Origin: Podarcis filfolensis
Lineage: Eukaryota
NCBI GenBank assembly: GCA_964270895.1
Contig: OZ185437.1
Strand: one strand, 5' to 3'
Length of the DNA stretch: 64,000 nucleotides
Position 1 is the stretch's first letter, and each line of letters starts with the position of its first letter. A program made the position numbers and the translations under genes. Below are positions 1-13,101 of this stretch, piece after piece. The notes beneath the pieces are model-generated. The model did no database searches and was not told the DNA's origin. It saw nothing but the letters and a program-made list of their open reading frames with translations.

Positions 1-688
1 AGGTCTATATGCATTGTACACCCGTGTTAGTCCTTAGCTAGTTCATAACCATGCAAAGGTGGGATTTAATTCAATTATTGATTCCTTCTTTGCAGACGTA
101 ACAGTTGATCATTATTTTTTAAAAGTATATTTTTCTGAGTACAATTTTAAAATACAAAACTAATAATAATTTTAAAATGAGAAATTACTGTGGCTATAAT
201 GAGAAAACTGGTAATTTAAGCGCTGCTCCCAGAACAGGACAATTAAAGAATGTCATTGACCCCACAAGTGAACTTGAAGAAAGTTATTAGTGCAGAAGCT
301 ACAAGAAAGAAGGTGTTAACTGCAGGAACACTTGTGTGGCACCGTTATAGCTGGTGAATTTCATATGAGTTAAAATTCCAATAAATTTCCAGATAACCTG
401 AGGTATTGCTTATGTCCACTCTGTCTCTGTATGTATAGTAGGGATACTTGTAGTTATTGTTGTTAATAAAGTAAAAGATACATTTTATTAGTGATGGGCA
501 ATAATTTCACTGATTCGGTGTGATTTGCAGTATGCCCAGATCCAGAAAGGGTATGATCCCCAGATTTAAAGTTACATGCATGGTATGTAGGATCAGATTC
601 AAGTGGATACTTGTAGGCTTATGAGATTGAATCAACCTGTCTTCAGAAACTTGTTTTGAAATGATGGTTTTTTTGTTGACTGTTTCAG

Positions 689-779
689 GTACACATATGG
701 AAAACCTGTGCAAGGAAAAGTAACTGTTGATTGTTCCCAGTTCTATGGAAGGAAGAAAAATATCACTAAGACATTTGAG
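689..779 (+). CDS. CD109: CD109 exon (YTYGKPVQGKVTVDCSQFYGRKKNITKTFE)
   Basis: tttcag acceptor, gtgag donor; matches human YTYGKPVKG..KKNITKTFK. Confidence 0.95.
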
Positions 780-1511
780 GTGAGCTGCAGTTAGCACCTG
801 ACATGTGCTTATGTTGGGCGGAGGGATAACACTTCTTCAGCCACCTCAAGGATTTCTTTGTGGAAATAATAAATCTTTTAAATTGCAATCCAGTGCCTTA
901 GCTTTTTTTTACTCAGCCGCCTACCTATGCTACCCTGTAGCTTATGCTTATCACTCTGTCATCCAAATGATTAAGCAGTTCTCTAATGATCTGTGCGGTG
1001 GCCATTACGTAGTAGTCCCCCACTGAAGAAAGCAGTGTGTAATGTAGAGATGTCCCAGTTCCAGCTCCCCTAGAGTTTTCAGCTAAAGACAAAGTTAGAG
1101 TAATGTGCAGGTAACCTGTAAGCAGTAATAGCAGATCTCCTGAGCCAGAAACATTCATGGGGTCAGGGCATGACACATGACCTACTCTTGCTTGTTGGAG
1201 TAAGAAGGCAGTAGCGACTGGTATGGTTGATCTGCCTGCAGTTCCCTCCTTTGGCAGGTGGTTGGTGCTGCTTAGGCTCACTATCAGCCCAACTTCTGAT
1301 GTTTCCAAGATCCACTGCAGGTTCATGTTTTGCCAATATTTTGTTTTATTTATCATTTCCATTTCCAAATTGTGCTCTGCTAATGCTACCTTAACCCTTA
1401 AGGGAAATGCAGTGATACAAATATGATCTGGTTCTCTCTCCCCCATGCCTGCTTATTCCTTTCAGAAGATAAAACAAATTGATTAGTTTTTCTTCTTGTT
1501 GTTGTTTTCAG

Positions 1512-1641
1512 ATTAATGGATCTGTGAACTTTACATTTGACATTCTAGAGGTGGAAAATATAACTTACAACAATTGGGGTTATTCTGTGCATCACCAGAT
1601 GCCGGTGGAAATTACAGCTGTGGTTACAGAAGCACTTACAG
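1512..1641 (+). CDS. CD109: CD109 exon (INGSVNFTF...VEITAVVTEALTG)
   Basis: ttttcag / gtatg; matches INGSANFSF..VEILTTVTESVTG. Confidence 0.93.
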
Positions 1642-1953
1642 GTATGCAGTTTTATATGGAATTTTCTTTAAGGCAGGTATGGGGTACCTTTGGCCTTTGA
1701 GGCTCATAATCAAGCCGTCGTCACTCCCTAGGGCATGCCTCCTCCCCCTTTTTTGCCTTGTAGGAGGAGACTTTCCCCTGCATATCCAGCTCCCTGCAAA
1801 TCCTTGCTACATGCTGAGAAAGGAGCTGCCTTTCACAGCAGTATAAACTGTTGGTATTTGGAATCATGAGAAATACAGACTCTGCAAGTGTTATTAGGAA
1901 TGAATGATTATGCATGTGACTTTTTTTTTTAAATCCTCCAAATATTCTAACAG

Positions 1954-2063
1954 GAATCTCCCAAAATGCAAGTGCTACTCTATTTCCAAAGCATCATGAC
2001 TACATACTAGAATTTTCTGAGTATCCAGCAGTTCTCAAGCCTAGTCTGAACTTCATAGCTACG
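1954..2063 (+). CDS. CD109: CD109 exon (ISQNASATLFPKHHDYILEFSEYPAVLKPSLNFIAT)
   Basis: ctaacag / gtgag; matches HDYIIEF..VLKPSLNFTAT. Confidence 0.95.
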
Positions 2064-2363
2064 GTGAGTTATTCTACTACTCTTTATATTATCAGTATCA
2101 TTCTAGGAAAAAAAAGCAGTATTATGGAGACAAGAGTTGGGTTTTAAAAAAATACTGTATATATAGATATTGTCTTTTAAATAAATTAATTACAATTTCT
2201 TTTGAGTCTCTTGGTGTATTAGTTATTGGTGGTTGCAAGCTGTCAGCACTAAATGCACTGTTGGTATTCCATATTTATGATTTGAGTATAAATCTTAGTT
2301 GTTGTAAATCATGGTTTTGAAAGTTTTGGTTTGATTTATGGACATGCCTTTTACTATTTTCAG

Positions 2364-2591
2364 CTGAAAGTAAAAAAAATTGACAACAGTCTGCTGTCAT
2401 CTGATGAGCGAAGGAATGACATTGTGATCACTGCCACATCCATAGGGAATCCTGCTTACTACCCATATGGTGATGGAGGTGAATCACTGGCAAATGAGGC
2501 ATCTCAGAACCTAATCTACCATGTGCCAGAAAATGGGATTATCGAGATTGAGTTTCCGGTTCAAGTTAATACAACAACGCTGCATGTTAAG
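2364..2591 (+). CDS. CD109: CD109 exon (LKVKKIDN...ERRNDIVIT...IEIEFPV..TLHVK)
   Basis: ttttcag / gtatg; 76 codons, phase 0-0. Confidence 0.93.
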
Positions 2592-4214
2592 GTATGCTTT
2601 TTCTGTGGTTTCCCCCGTCAAAATATGTAAATACTTAATCAGAAGATGAAAAGAATCTTAGTATGGAAACTTGTTCTTATGCCTACCTGAGTATTCAAAG
2701 TGCTTCAGAGGCATCTCAATATCCCTTACAACAGCCCTGCCTAGTAGGCCTATGTTATTATTCTCCTATTAAAGGTGGTGAGTCTGACAGATAGATGTGA
2801 TATCAGTACTATGAAACTCCATGCCAGGGGAGTTCTTCCAGGCTTAAGTTTACCCTGTTGAAATTTTTAGGGAGTCGGTTAAAATATACCTATTCTGCTA
2901 GGCTTTTTGTGAAAACTGAGCATATTTATTATTGTTCTCTATTTTAGCTATTTATTTTGATATGCCAGGACCTATCCCTGACGCATCTCTTACCCTGCCT
3001 TTATCATCTGTTGGGATGAGCAGTGCTGCATCCTCAGTGTGCTCTCCCCACAATGTCACTTCTGGTCCAAAGGGTTCACCTTTTGGTTGGACTGCCAACA
3101 CCTCAGTTCACTGGAGAGGTTGCCTCATTGACCTCTACTTACAAAGGCCAAACCCTGCAGGATGCAGGAGGACATTCATTTCAAGTGTATTAATTTATCC
3201 TTTTAGACTTCATAGGAGGTGTGCCCACCAGTGGTTCAGGCAACTATTGTGAACCATAGTTAAGCTTCCTCTCCACTCATATGTGAACAAGAGGAAGAGA
3301 GTGAAATTTTTCGCTTTCATTTTTTGCTAAACTATTATTTCTCATCACAAAATTCTGGGAATTATTCTACCTCTAGTTAGGTAAAGCAAACCAGGATGAA
3401 ACCATGGCTTGATATCCTGGGTTGTTAACTACCTAGAGTTAAGATAAACGACAGTTCCTCAAATTCATATGGGAAGAGAAACGGTGGTTTAGTGAAAAAT
3501 TAAAGCAGAAGCTTCACCACAACTTGTTAGCAATCATCTAACCTAGGGAGGGGCCTCTGAATTCTCTCCTAGTACTTTTCCTAGCTATGTCCCTTCATCT
3601 TTTTGTTCCTCCTCAAATAGCCTGACCCATTTTGCAAAACATTGAGCTGACAAAGTAGATGCTCTGTTCTTCTTTGCCAGCCTGATTGGCTTCCTTACTG
3701 GATATAGATAGAAGATTCTTCCTCTGACAGTATGGAGCCACTCTTCAGTCTATCCATGGTTAGGACAGTAGAGTAGACTGACTAAGCAGATGCAGGATGT
3801 TCTACTGCATCAGTCCAATTTAGCTGGCAATGGAGAAAGAGAGAGTTTGTCTGTTCCATCATGGGTGTTTGCTATGTTTCATCTCTGGGCACAGAAACGT
3901 CTTCTGAGTGGAAAAAGAAAATCAAAAGTTCTGTGATGCTATCTTGAGACTAATTTTAGATGATAATTTAAGAAATTGCTTCAGGAACTATTGGATTGTC
4001 CATCTCTACCTTCTTTTTGCATTCTGATGGAGTGCAGCTTTTTCTTTTTTTTCATTCTAACCATTAAAGGCAGATTGATATCTTCATTTATTTACGTATG
4101 TTTCTTCAATTAGGAGAGGCACTAATTATACAATTTGTGAAACATTAATTGAACTTTATCATTTTGCTCACAATATGTTGAATGTCCCCCCACCCGTTCC
4201 TTTTTTTTTTACAG

Positions 4215-4316
4215 GCCAAATTTCTGGAGAGCGAAACTTCTATAATCATATATGGTACATTCTACTCTACTACCATGACTTTTCTCCAGATTAAAAAAGC
4301 AAGTCAGGATGTAAAG
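4215..4316 (+). CDS. CD109: CD109 exon (AKFLESET...FLQIKKASQDVK)
   Basis: poly-T acag / gtaac; 34 codons. Confidence 0.9.
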
Positions 4317-4425
4317 GTAACTTCTGCTTTCCAGTAATCGATTAGCTTCAAAATTCACTAATAATACACTACATCATGATAGGCAATTAGCATGTTCATT
4401 CAAGTTGTGTTATTTTTTCCCCTAG

Positions 4426-4488
4426 GTTGGGACTCCATTTGAGCTGAATCTTCAAAGCAACAAGCCGATGAAAGAGATCAGTTATATG
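4426..4488 (+). CDS. CD109: CD109 exon (VGTPFELNLQSNKPMKEISYM)
   Basis: cccctag / gtatt; matches VGSPFEL..KELSYM. Confidence 0.95.
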
Positions 4489-4831
4489 GTATTTTAAAAA
4501 TTATTTTATATGTATTGTGTTGAATTTTACCACAAACACGGGGAAGACAGCATAGGCAATAAGGAGGATTTTGCTACTCAAAAATAACTATAATTTCCAG
4601 ATAGGACTATGAGCAAGCGTTTAAAAATACCAATTGTACGTACTTGTATCATTTGGGTGTGCTAATTGGAGAGGTGAGACTGGTTGTAGCTTTCCTACTG
4701 AATGTAAATGTACTGGTACACCTGTGTTTGCTGCAATGTGTGGCATACAAAAATTGATTTTTTTATCCACAGGCATAAATGCCTGTGGGCCCAGACCTAT
4801 TCACATGACACCTGTATAGTTGTTATTATAC

Positions 4832-5446
4832 TGTTATGAGTTTGTGGGTGCTAGACCTCTATTATCCCCGGATCCAGTGGGTGTTAGAATTTAATTAAGG
4901 CTTGGAGGTGTTAAAACTGGGTGCCGGACCTGTGTGTTTTAAGTTGTATGCCAAACGCTTCTAATCCCCTTGAATCAACAAGTGTTGAAAGCCTGTTAAA
5001 CTAAGCTAAGCTTCATGCATTAAGTTATTAAGTTGGGTAATGGGCCTTTAAGATAACAAAGCATCAGAGGAACTTGGTGTGAGATGGTAAGAGGGTGGGT
5101 CCCCTTTCCCTCAACTGATAATGCCAGATCTTAGAGGGGTTAGAGCTAGGAGTTCTGTGACCTGGAAGTAAAGCAGGAAGCAGGAGTTTTGAGAGCACCA
5201 TGTTTGATGTCTGTCTGGATCCAAGACTGCAGCTATGGAAGAAGGCTCTTGGGCTGCGAACTCCTCTGTCATAGACTCAGGTTGTATATATGTATAAAAA
5301 AACTATATACCATAAAGAAACCACAGTCTCCACTGTGCCTCATTTCCAAAAGGAGACACAGACCTTGGATAAGCGCTCCTGGAACCCTTGGAATCTTGCA
5401 CCACTTAGAGATTAGGCTGGTGTGCAAGGTGCTTTTATAAATAACA
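4832..5446 (+). mobile_element. Candidate solo LTR (Gypsy-like)
   Basis: Starts TGTTAT and ends ATAACA (6-bp inverted termini), about 615 bp, A-rich poly(A)-like region near 5290-5320; no clean TSD. Confidence 0.55.
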
Positions 5447-5531
5447 GATGTTGAATTGTGAGATGTGTGACAATTTCAGCTAGAACTCAGCTGATAGGAA
5501 AATCAGTTAACTTTCCCCCCTCCTCATATAG

Positions 5532-5708
5532 GTGGTATCTAAAGAACAAATTGTGGCTGCGGGTAAAGTAAACGTTGCAGAATTCTTTTTAACACCAGAG
5601 CATTCTTGGGCTCCTACAGCATGCATAATTGCCTACTATGTGAGTGACGATGGTGAAGTAATTAGTGATGATCTCTGCATTCCTGTTCAACTCGTCTTTA
5701 AAAATCAG
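5532..5708 (+). CDS. CD109: CD109 exon (VVSKEQIVAAGK...IPVQLVFKNQ)
   Basis: catatag / gtaag; matches VVSRGQLVAVGK..IPVQLVFKNK. Confidence 0.96.
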
Positions 5709-6692
5709 GTAAGTTTGTGTGCATTGACTTCCTCTCACACAAATGGTGTTCTGTTTTGTTTTGAGACTATACACAAAAAGGGAAGCATAAATAAATACAA
5801 GCCAAATAAACATAGTATGTAACTGAAGCCCACACACTGATAGGCATTAGCATAGAGTTATGGTTTACAAACTATTTCACTAGTTGGTTTTTTTAATTGC
5901 TCATTAACATCTTTCAGATTTTAAACTGGGTTTCCTGCATTAGAGCCCATTTATAGACCTTGCTGTACCTACCAGCAAAGGATGCTTAGGGTTAAATGTA
6001 TTGGCTGCTGGTTCAAACAGCTTCACAGTGCATGGCCTTATGTCCATGTTGTGCAAAAGAGTATGCATTCTATACACTGCATACGTTTATTTACATATCT
6101 GTATTTAATTTAAAAGCCATCCTATATGCTCTCTGGGTGGCATATATGGTTAAACAGTAGCATTAAAAATCACAGTTACATTAAAATAATTTAAATAAAT
6201 ACAGATTATTTTTACTTTGCTACAGTTGTTTGATATAAAAATGGAATATGTTTGGCCCAATTTGCTTATCTGCCCCCCTCCCCAGCTTTCTACCTCCAGT
6301 CCCTTTTAGGTCATGTGCTGTTCATCTCTTCAATCCTGCGTTGTGTTTCCTCTGTCTGCTACTTTGACTTATTTTTTCTTCTGGCCTTTCCCCACTTTTA
6401 ACCTTGCTTCATTCTTCTTTCTCTGTCTTCTAAGGATGGCTCCTGCATCTTTGGGCCAAAATAGATAGGTTATCAAGAGATCCATGACTGGAGATAACAC
6501 CATGTTTTTTGTTTTTTAATGAGGGGATTCACACTCTCTCTCCAGCACTGTGGCTGTAACCTGAACTTCCCTCCCATGGGTACATTTCTTTAAAAATATA
6601 TATATAGGAGTCAGCACCTGAAGTAAAATAATTGTTCATTCTCCTTTATCTACTGCATAATGTAAACTAATATGCTTCCCCCCCACCCCCAG

Positions 6693-6845
6693 ATCAATAT
6701 GTATTGGAATAAAAATAGAGCTGGGCCTTCTGAGGAAGTCACTCTCAAGATTAATGTGACGGAACCAAAAACAACCATTGGTCTTCTGGTTGTTGACAAA
6801 AGCACAAAGCTCCTGGGGAAAAGAAGTGATATCACAGAGGATGCT
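6693..6845 (+). CDS. CD109: CD109 exon (INMYWNKNRAGPSEEV...DITEDA)
   Basis: poly-C cag / gtaag; 51 codons. Confidence 0.95.
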
Positions 6846-7294
6846 GTAAGTTTCTGAAAGAAAAGAAATGTTTGAAGTGTATTTTAGAACTGTGTAGGAG
6901 CAGCTATTAGATTTGATTGTGAGCTTTGCCATTATACTGTTAAAGTAAGCCTCCATGAAGTGGGCCTAAGAAGCAAAGAATGGGAAGAATCCGTTTTCAC
7001 AGCTTGAGAGCAAGAATTGGGGAGAATTATATAATCCTTTTGTGGGAAGTAGAATGAGAGACACACAACAATGCCGGTGCTTCCTTCTTCCTCCTGACCC
7101 CTGTCTACAGTTCTTGCAAACTTGCCAACTTTATCCTTTAGTATGTAGGGGAGGTTTTCAGGGAAGCTGAGCATATAAGTAACATATTATGACAAGAGTG
7201 TTACTTCCCAACCTTCCTGAAGCTGTCGGAAGTTCCAGGAGTGGCCTTTTTATAGTATGGGATGTCAAAAAGCATTAGAGAATAAAAGTTTGTA

Positions 7295-7490
7295 CCGTTC
7301 TGGTTCCTGCACCTCAAAAAGTGGGAAAGGTGCTGGAAGGGGCGCCTGAAATGATCAAGGGTCTAGAGCAACTTCCCCATGAAGAAAGGTTGCAACATTT
7401 TAGGCTTTTTAGTTTGGAAATATAGTGAATAAAGTGGGATATGATAGAGATGTCTAAAATTATGCATGGTGTAAAAAAAGTGAGAAACTA
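7295..7490 (+). mobile_element. CR1 LINE fragment (ORF2 3' region)
   Basis: aaatgatcaagggtctagagcaacttccccatgaagaaaggttgcaacattttaggctttttagtttgga. Confidence 0.75.
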
Positions 7491-7811
7491 TTGACAAACC
7501 TGTGGTAAGTGGTAGAGATACAGGGGAAGTGAGAAAACATTTTTATTGATTCCCATAGTATTTTTGCAAGGATTTTGTTAACAATTCTGTATATACTCAA
7601 TTTTAAAGTATCATAACAACTAAGTGGCAGATAACTGTTTTTGTTGACTTTTATTATTTTTGTGTCTTACAACATTTGCTTTGTTATTCTTACAGATAAG
7701 GCTCTTGCTAAGTAGAATATTCTTTGTTAAAACAAGATCTATGTGATCATGATTAATTGAATTTATTTTGGTTTCTCCTATGAAAACTAAGTACTATTAC
7801 TATTATTTTAG

Positions 7812-7886
7812 GTTCATCATGAGCTAAGTTTATATAATAGAGGACTTGATTATGGTGCAGCCAGAAGTTCATATGGTGTCTTTCAG
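7812..7886 (+). CDS. CD109: CD109 exon (VHHELSLYNRGLDYGAARSSYGVFQ)
   Basis: ttttag / gtaca; matches VVHELELYN..SFAVFQ. Confidence 0.92.
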
Positions 7887-8209
7887 GTACAGTTTTAAAA
7901 TGCATATGTACTTTTCCATTGTTTTGATGTATTAAAGAAAATAAAAGTTTAGTAAGGGTTACTCAGTAGGCAAGTCCATTCATTAGTATGCTTGTGTTTT
8001 CAGATGCAATTGGAGAGAAGAAAACTCAGTCCTCTGTAGATACTGACTTTCTTCAACACAAAGCTAGCTTTTATTTTCTAAACTAAAAATGTTGTTTATT
8101 TATGGATGCTTTAAAATATGCTTAAAAGAAATAAAATATAGGTTGACAAAAATGGTTCATATGTTGCATATTTTTTAAATTTAAAGTTATTTTTATATAT
8201 TGTGTTTAG

Positions 8210-8270
8210 AATTGCAAACTCTGGGTATCGACTGATGCCAGCCTTCCAGAAGATGAAAACTATGAAGGCT
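8210..8270 (+). CDS. CD109: CD109 exon (NCKLWVSTDASLPEDENYEG)
   Basis: gtttag / gtaag; matches ECGLWVLTDANL. Confidence 0.92.
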
Positions 8271-8376
8271 GTAAGTAAAAGTCACATCAAGTATAATTCA
8301 TGCAATGTATGTAGAACATAAAACAAGTGTTCCTTTCTTTTGTTTATTTCAATTAAGCAAATAAATATATATATAT

Positions 8377-8653
8377 GGGATGTGGGTGGCGCTGTGGGTT
8401 AAACCACAGAGCCTAGGACTTGCTGATCAGCAGTTCAAAAGCACGTCAAGTGCAAGTAGATAAATAGGTACTGCTCCAGCGGGAAGGTAAACAGCGTTTC
8501 CGTGCGCTGCTCTCATTCGCCAGAAGCGGCTTAGTCATGCTGGCCACATGACCCAGAAGCTGTACGCCGGCTCCCTCGGCCAATAAAGCGAGATGAGTGC
8601 AGCAACCCCAGAGTCGGCCACAACTGGACCTAATGGTCAGGGGTCCCTTTACC

Positions 8654-8658
<5 letters not shown>
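8377..8658 (+). mobile_element. Sauria SINE, internally deleted
   Basis: gggatgtgggtggcgctgtgggttaaaccacagag head and ggtccctttacctttac tail shared with four other copies; about 70 nt missing after gatcag. Confidence 0.9.

Positions 8659-8696
<38 letters not shown>
8657..8696. repeat. (AC)20 microsatellite at SINE tail
   Basis: direct reading. Confidence 0.95.
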
Positions 8697-8699
<3 letters not shown>

Positions 8700-8808
8700 T
8701 ATGTGTGTTGAAAAAGAGTGATACAATTTAGGATGCAGTGTAGATTCTAAACACTGAAATTATATGAAGAGAATGTTACAGTATTCTCTCTCCCCCCCCC
8801 CCCCCCAG

Positions 8809-8938
8809 TTATGGAGTATAGCTCAGCTTTAGACTTTCAGCATAATCTGGAGCCCGCAAGAGAGTCTGTTGGTTTTGAAAATCCCCATATAAGGACAAAT
8901 TTTCCAGAGACATGGATTTGGCGTGAAATCACAACAAG
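8809..8938 (+). CDS. CD109: CD109 exon (bait-like region ...PHIRTNFPETWIWREITT)
   Basis: poly-C cag / gtaaa; contains the A2M-family FPETW motif. Confidence 0.95.
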
Positions 8939-9669
8939 GTAAACAGAAAGCGTTTTCTTTACATATCCATTCTTATTTGAGAACAATTAATGTAATGTAT
9001 TACCAGCGGAAGGAACTTCTCTGTAGCTTTTAATACTTCTGTTGAAGAGTTTCCCATCAAATGGGCATCTTTGCCGAGCACCAATATGCAGGACAGCCCA
9101 TTCTTGAAGAATGTTATAAACAATGTTTTCTAGAGTTACAAATAAGGAAAAGGGCAAAATACTCTTAGAAGCTGGTTCATACTTGAGTGACAAACACCAT
9201 AAAGTTTAACAGCAACAAGCATTTATTTATATGCCACCCATCTGACTGGGTTTCCCCAGCCACTTTGGGCAGCTTCCAACAAATTAAAACATCAAGCACA
9301 GTGTAAAGCAGAAGTGCATATTTGTAGCAAGTAGTGGGCATATGTCAGGGGTATGCTGCCAATCTTGGATCCTTTAGCATGTGTCCTTTCTGCTCCATGC
9401 TTATGAACATATATTTTGCTTACCGCTTCAAAGTGTCTTCCACTCCAAAACACCAATATGTATGTGGCATAAATATAAATAGAACCATGGCCCTTATGTA
9501 GAAACTGAATGCATAGCCTTCATTTGTACCTTTGCAAATCTTTCCTCAAACCGTTAACTTGATTTAGCAAATCATTCATTATTCCACCAGGAAAATCTGC
9601 CTAGATTTACTGACCATTGTTGATGTTTATCCTTCTGAAATTATATTTCTGCTTCCTTTTCATTTTTAG

Positions 9670-9784
9670 ATCGACTGAAACAATACTGAATGTCACTGTT
9701 CCTGATACCATTACTACCTGGGTAGCTAGTGCGTTTATAATATCTGAAAACCTTGGACTGGGTGTGATGAAAACGCCTATTGAG
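9670..9784 (+). CDS. CD109: CD109 exon ([22 protein letters not shown]...PIE)
   Basis: tttttag / gtaac; A2M-family PDTITTW motif. Confidence 0.96.
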
Positions 9785-11563
9785 GTAACAGAAATTCAAA
9801 TGCAAATACACCTCACCCCTCTGTAGAACCCTGAGCATAGAGGTGTGATTTCATCTGCCAACAATACTATGTGCATGTGGCGGCGAGAAGATGCAGCTCA
9901 GAAACTGAGGGCATTCCAAAGGCGAAGGGCATCTTTTTCAGATATTTGGTGCCTTAAACTTTAACATTGCCTCAGCTGCCATTTAAACCACAGGGATGAG
10001 GAAAGCTGTGGAGGAGAACAGAGCAAGAGAAGAGAATTAGCACCAGGAAAAAGGCTAGAAGAGCCTTATTGTTCTAGAGAGAATAAGCCCAGTGGCAAGT
10101 TGGGTTTGTAGCCTATCCTTGCCTCCCAAGAAAAGCTTTCTCAAGAAATAGGAAAGATCCGGCGAAGGAAAAGACTGCAGGAAATAGTTAGGCACTAGAG
10201 GGCACTCTAATCTAAGAAAAATAATAATAGGGTTAGGATGAGTTGAAAGCATCACTATAAAAACAGACTTCAAAATAAATACAACCTTTTGCTACTTTAG
10301 TGATGTGTCCTATTCCCTAAATAATATGGGATACCTCAGAACCCTAACTCCATAATAGTGACAGAAGACAGCTGTTGGCTTGTGCTCTCAGGGCAGCAGA
10401 AGCAGCGGAATGGCACTCAAACATTGGCATGTAGTTTGGCCCAAAAGCAGTTCTGCTTAATGCATTTACTAGATAAGGAGTTGGGAAGCATTATTAGGAC
10501 TGCGCTCCTATATCTACTCTGAAAAGAAGTCCCATTGAACTTGCTTTTGTGTAAGGCTTTGTAGGATTGCACCATAAAGATGAATGAGCAGAAATGGCCA
10601 GTTTCTTCAACCTGGGTGTATTGATCTTCCTTAATCAGGCTACAGGCTGAACCTTTTGCAAACCCTCACATTACTACTGCCACCCCCCTCTAAAAGAGCT
10701 AGTGAGGTTTCAGGTCCCTGGCAAAAGAATCCACCAGGCACACTAGGGCAAAATTAGGGGAAATCCAGGAAGCTTCAATGATAAGGGGTATGCCAGCCAA
10801 CTTGGAGGGAAATCAGAGAACAATGCTGCCATTTTTTCTTGCTAGTGTTGCTCTTGGCCTTCCTACCAGCTTGATGACCTCCCCCCCCCCAAAAAAAAGA
10901 CTCAATAAGAAAGCATTGCAGAGGCATCCCAGGCCTACTGTTATCTTTTTGAAGATCTTCCCTGTGCAGAAGTGGTGATTATGCTTCTGACTTGGCAAGT
11001 GCTGCTTTGGGAGAGAGACAGCCCACAAATGTATTGCATGCCCAGGTGCAGGGAGCCTGTGCCTGGCCAGGGCCCAGTGAATGATGACAAATAAAGATAC
11101 AGGACAAAGTATTGGGTTCAAACAGACCACAACTTTATTGATTACAGATGTATGTAGGCTTTGGTGTAGGCAGTGGGTATGTACCCTAAATCAGTCAGCT
11201 CTAATGGTTCAGTTGGCCCTGGGTTAAGGGTTGCCCTATGATATACATCAGTTGCAGGCAGTCATACCAGGACTGCTATCTCGGCATCTGGACAGAAGCA
11301 ACCCCTCTTGGATCCCTTTAACAGGGTACCCTGTTTTTTTATAGAAGGGGACTGACTCCCAAGCCCTGCCTCCCACCAAGACTAAGGATCCAACCCAATG
11401 CCGTATCTGCCAACAAGTTCTGTCAGTTTTCCAGCTGTTGTTGGACTCTAATCCCTCTCAGCCCCAGACAGCATGGCCAGTGGTCAGGGAGGATGGGAGG
11501 TGTAGTCTCATCGACATCTGGAGGACCAAAGGTTCCCTCGCCCTGTTTTAGGATAAGGTAGTA

Positions 11564-11792
11564 CAGTGGCACCTCGGTTTTTGAATGTAATCCATTCTGG
11601 AAGACCATTCAAGTTCCAAAACATTCGAAAACTGAAAACTCAAAACGGAAGCCTCAAAACAGAAATCTCAATATGGAAAACTCAATACGGAAGCCACGTT
11701 TCCGGTTCGACTTCAGAGGCACGTTCGAGCTTACAGCGTTCGCGTTCCAAAACGTTCATCAACGGAGACGTTTGAAAACCGAGGTACCACTG
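11564..11792. mobile_element. Tc1/mariner (Tigger/pogo-like) MITE
   Basis: Terminal inverted repeats (TIRs) cagtggcacctcggtttt / aaaaccgaggtaccactg, TA on both flanks. Confidence 0.92.
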
Positions 11793-13101
11793 TATATAAG
11801 TTTCTTTTTTCTTCTAAAATAAATTACATAAAAATGTACTTACTAGTGAAGCTCTTGAACAATATTCAGTATCAAATCTGATATTATAATCAACCAAGAA
11901 GAGTGGTTGAGGTTTGGGGTCCAGGCTTTCCATCTGGCAGTTATATATGAAAACAAAACATTTGATTATGAGACTACCTCATTCATGGATTTGGATCTGG
12001 ATATTAACTTTTATTTCAAGCTCATTTGAGATTAAGGTCAATATTCCTTTTTTTCCTGAATGTTGTTTGGCAGAGACTGATCAATCCTGGTGATTTCTAT
12101 GAAAGTGCACGCTTGGCTGAACGTGCCAACAGTTGAGTAGTCCTTAATGAATCCATAGCCAAGATTCCACTTCACTTCTCACAATGACTTAATTTCCCTC
12201 CTGTACATTGTTGGATTGCTCGGTTTCTATTTAAAGTTCCATATGGTGAAAACATGTTATACATTGACACATGCAAATAATATTTTTACAAAAACATATA
12301 ACTGAGCACAGGCTTTATAGATACAGTGTTAATAAGCTTACAGGGCTTAGGAATGAACCTTATCTGGTATTAATTAAAAATCTGTGATGGGTATAATTTC
12401 CTAGTGGGTGCTCCTTGCAAGCACAACATAATTCACAAGTGTGAATTGAGAACTTTGTATACAGTGAGTTTTTCTTCTTTTTCTGAGCATCAGTTTCACC
12501 CACCCTCTGTCTCACTCTACTGATCATATCACAGTCTATTTTGGAATATATTGACCGGTGGGACTGCTGCCTGAAAATATGGGGGAAAGGCATTCTTTAT
12601 TCATGCTATCCCTTACACATGTGCAAAGAGCCCCAGTGGATTACAGCGTGGCCAACTTTTATTTTCAAAATATTAATGATATGGGGGTAGAGATGGATTG
12701 AAGTTGGGCAGAAATGGTATATCAGCTTTGGAGCCTGGAATAATCTGGGTGGGGTGGACTTTGGCAGGATTTGGAGCTCAGTGCCTTTTGGATGCTAGTA
12801 CTTATTGCCTGATATAACATAGCTCTTCTGGTCAGGCCAATCAAATAATATCTGGTTGGCAACCCTACTTGTATCACAACAGCTACAGTCTTTAACTTAC
12901 TTTAATCAGAATATGCTCAGTAAATTAGATTTTGCTCTTGAACCAGTGCCTAAAGTTATTCTAATACAGGCAACAGTAAATTCCTTTTTAAGTGTAGGAG
13001 ACACACCCCAAGAACTATCTCATACCGTAGCTATGCAAGGTTCAGGGGCTAAATGTTGAATGGTTTCTTTAAATGTAAAGGTTCATCATTGTTCCACCCG
13101 A

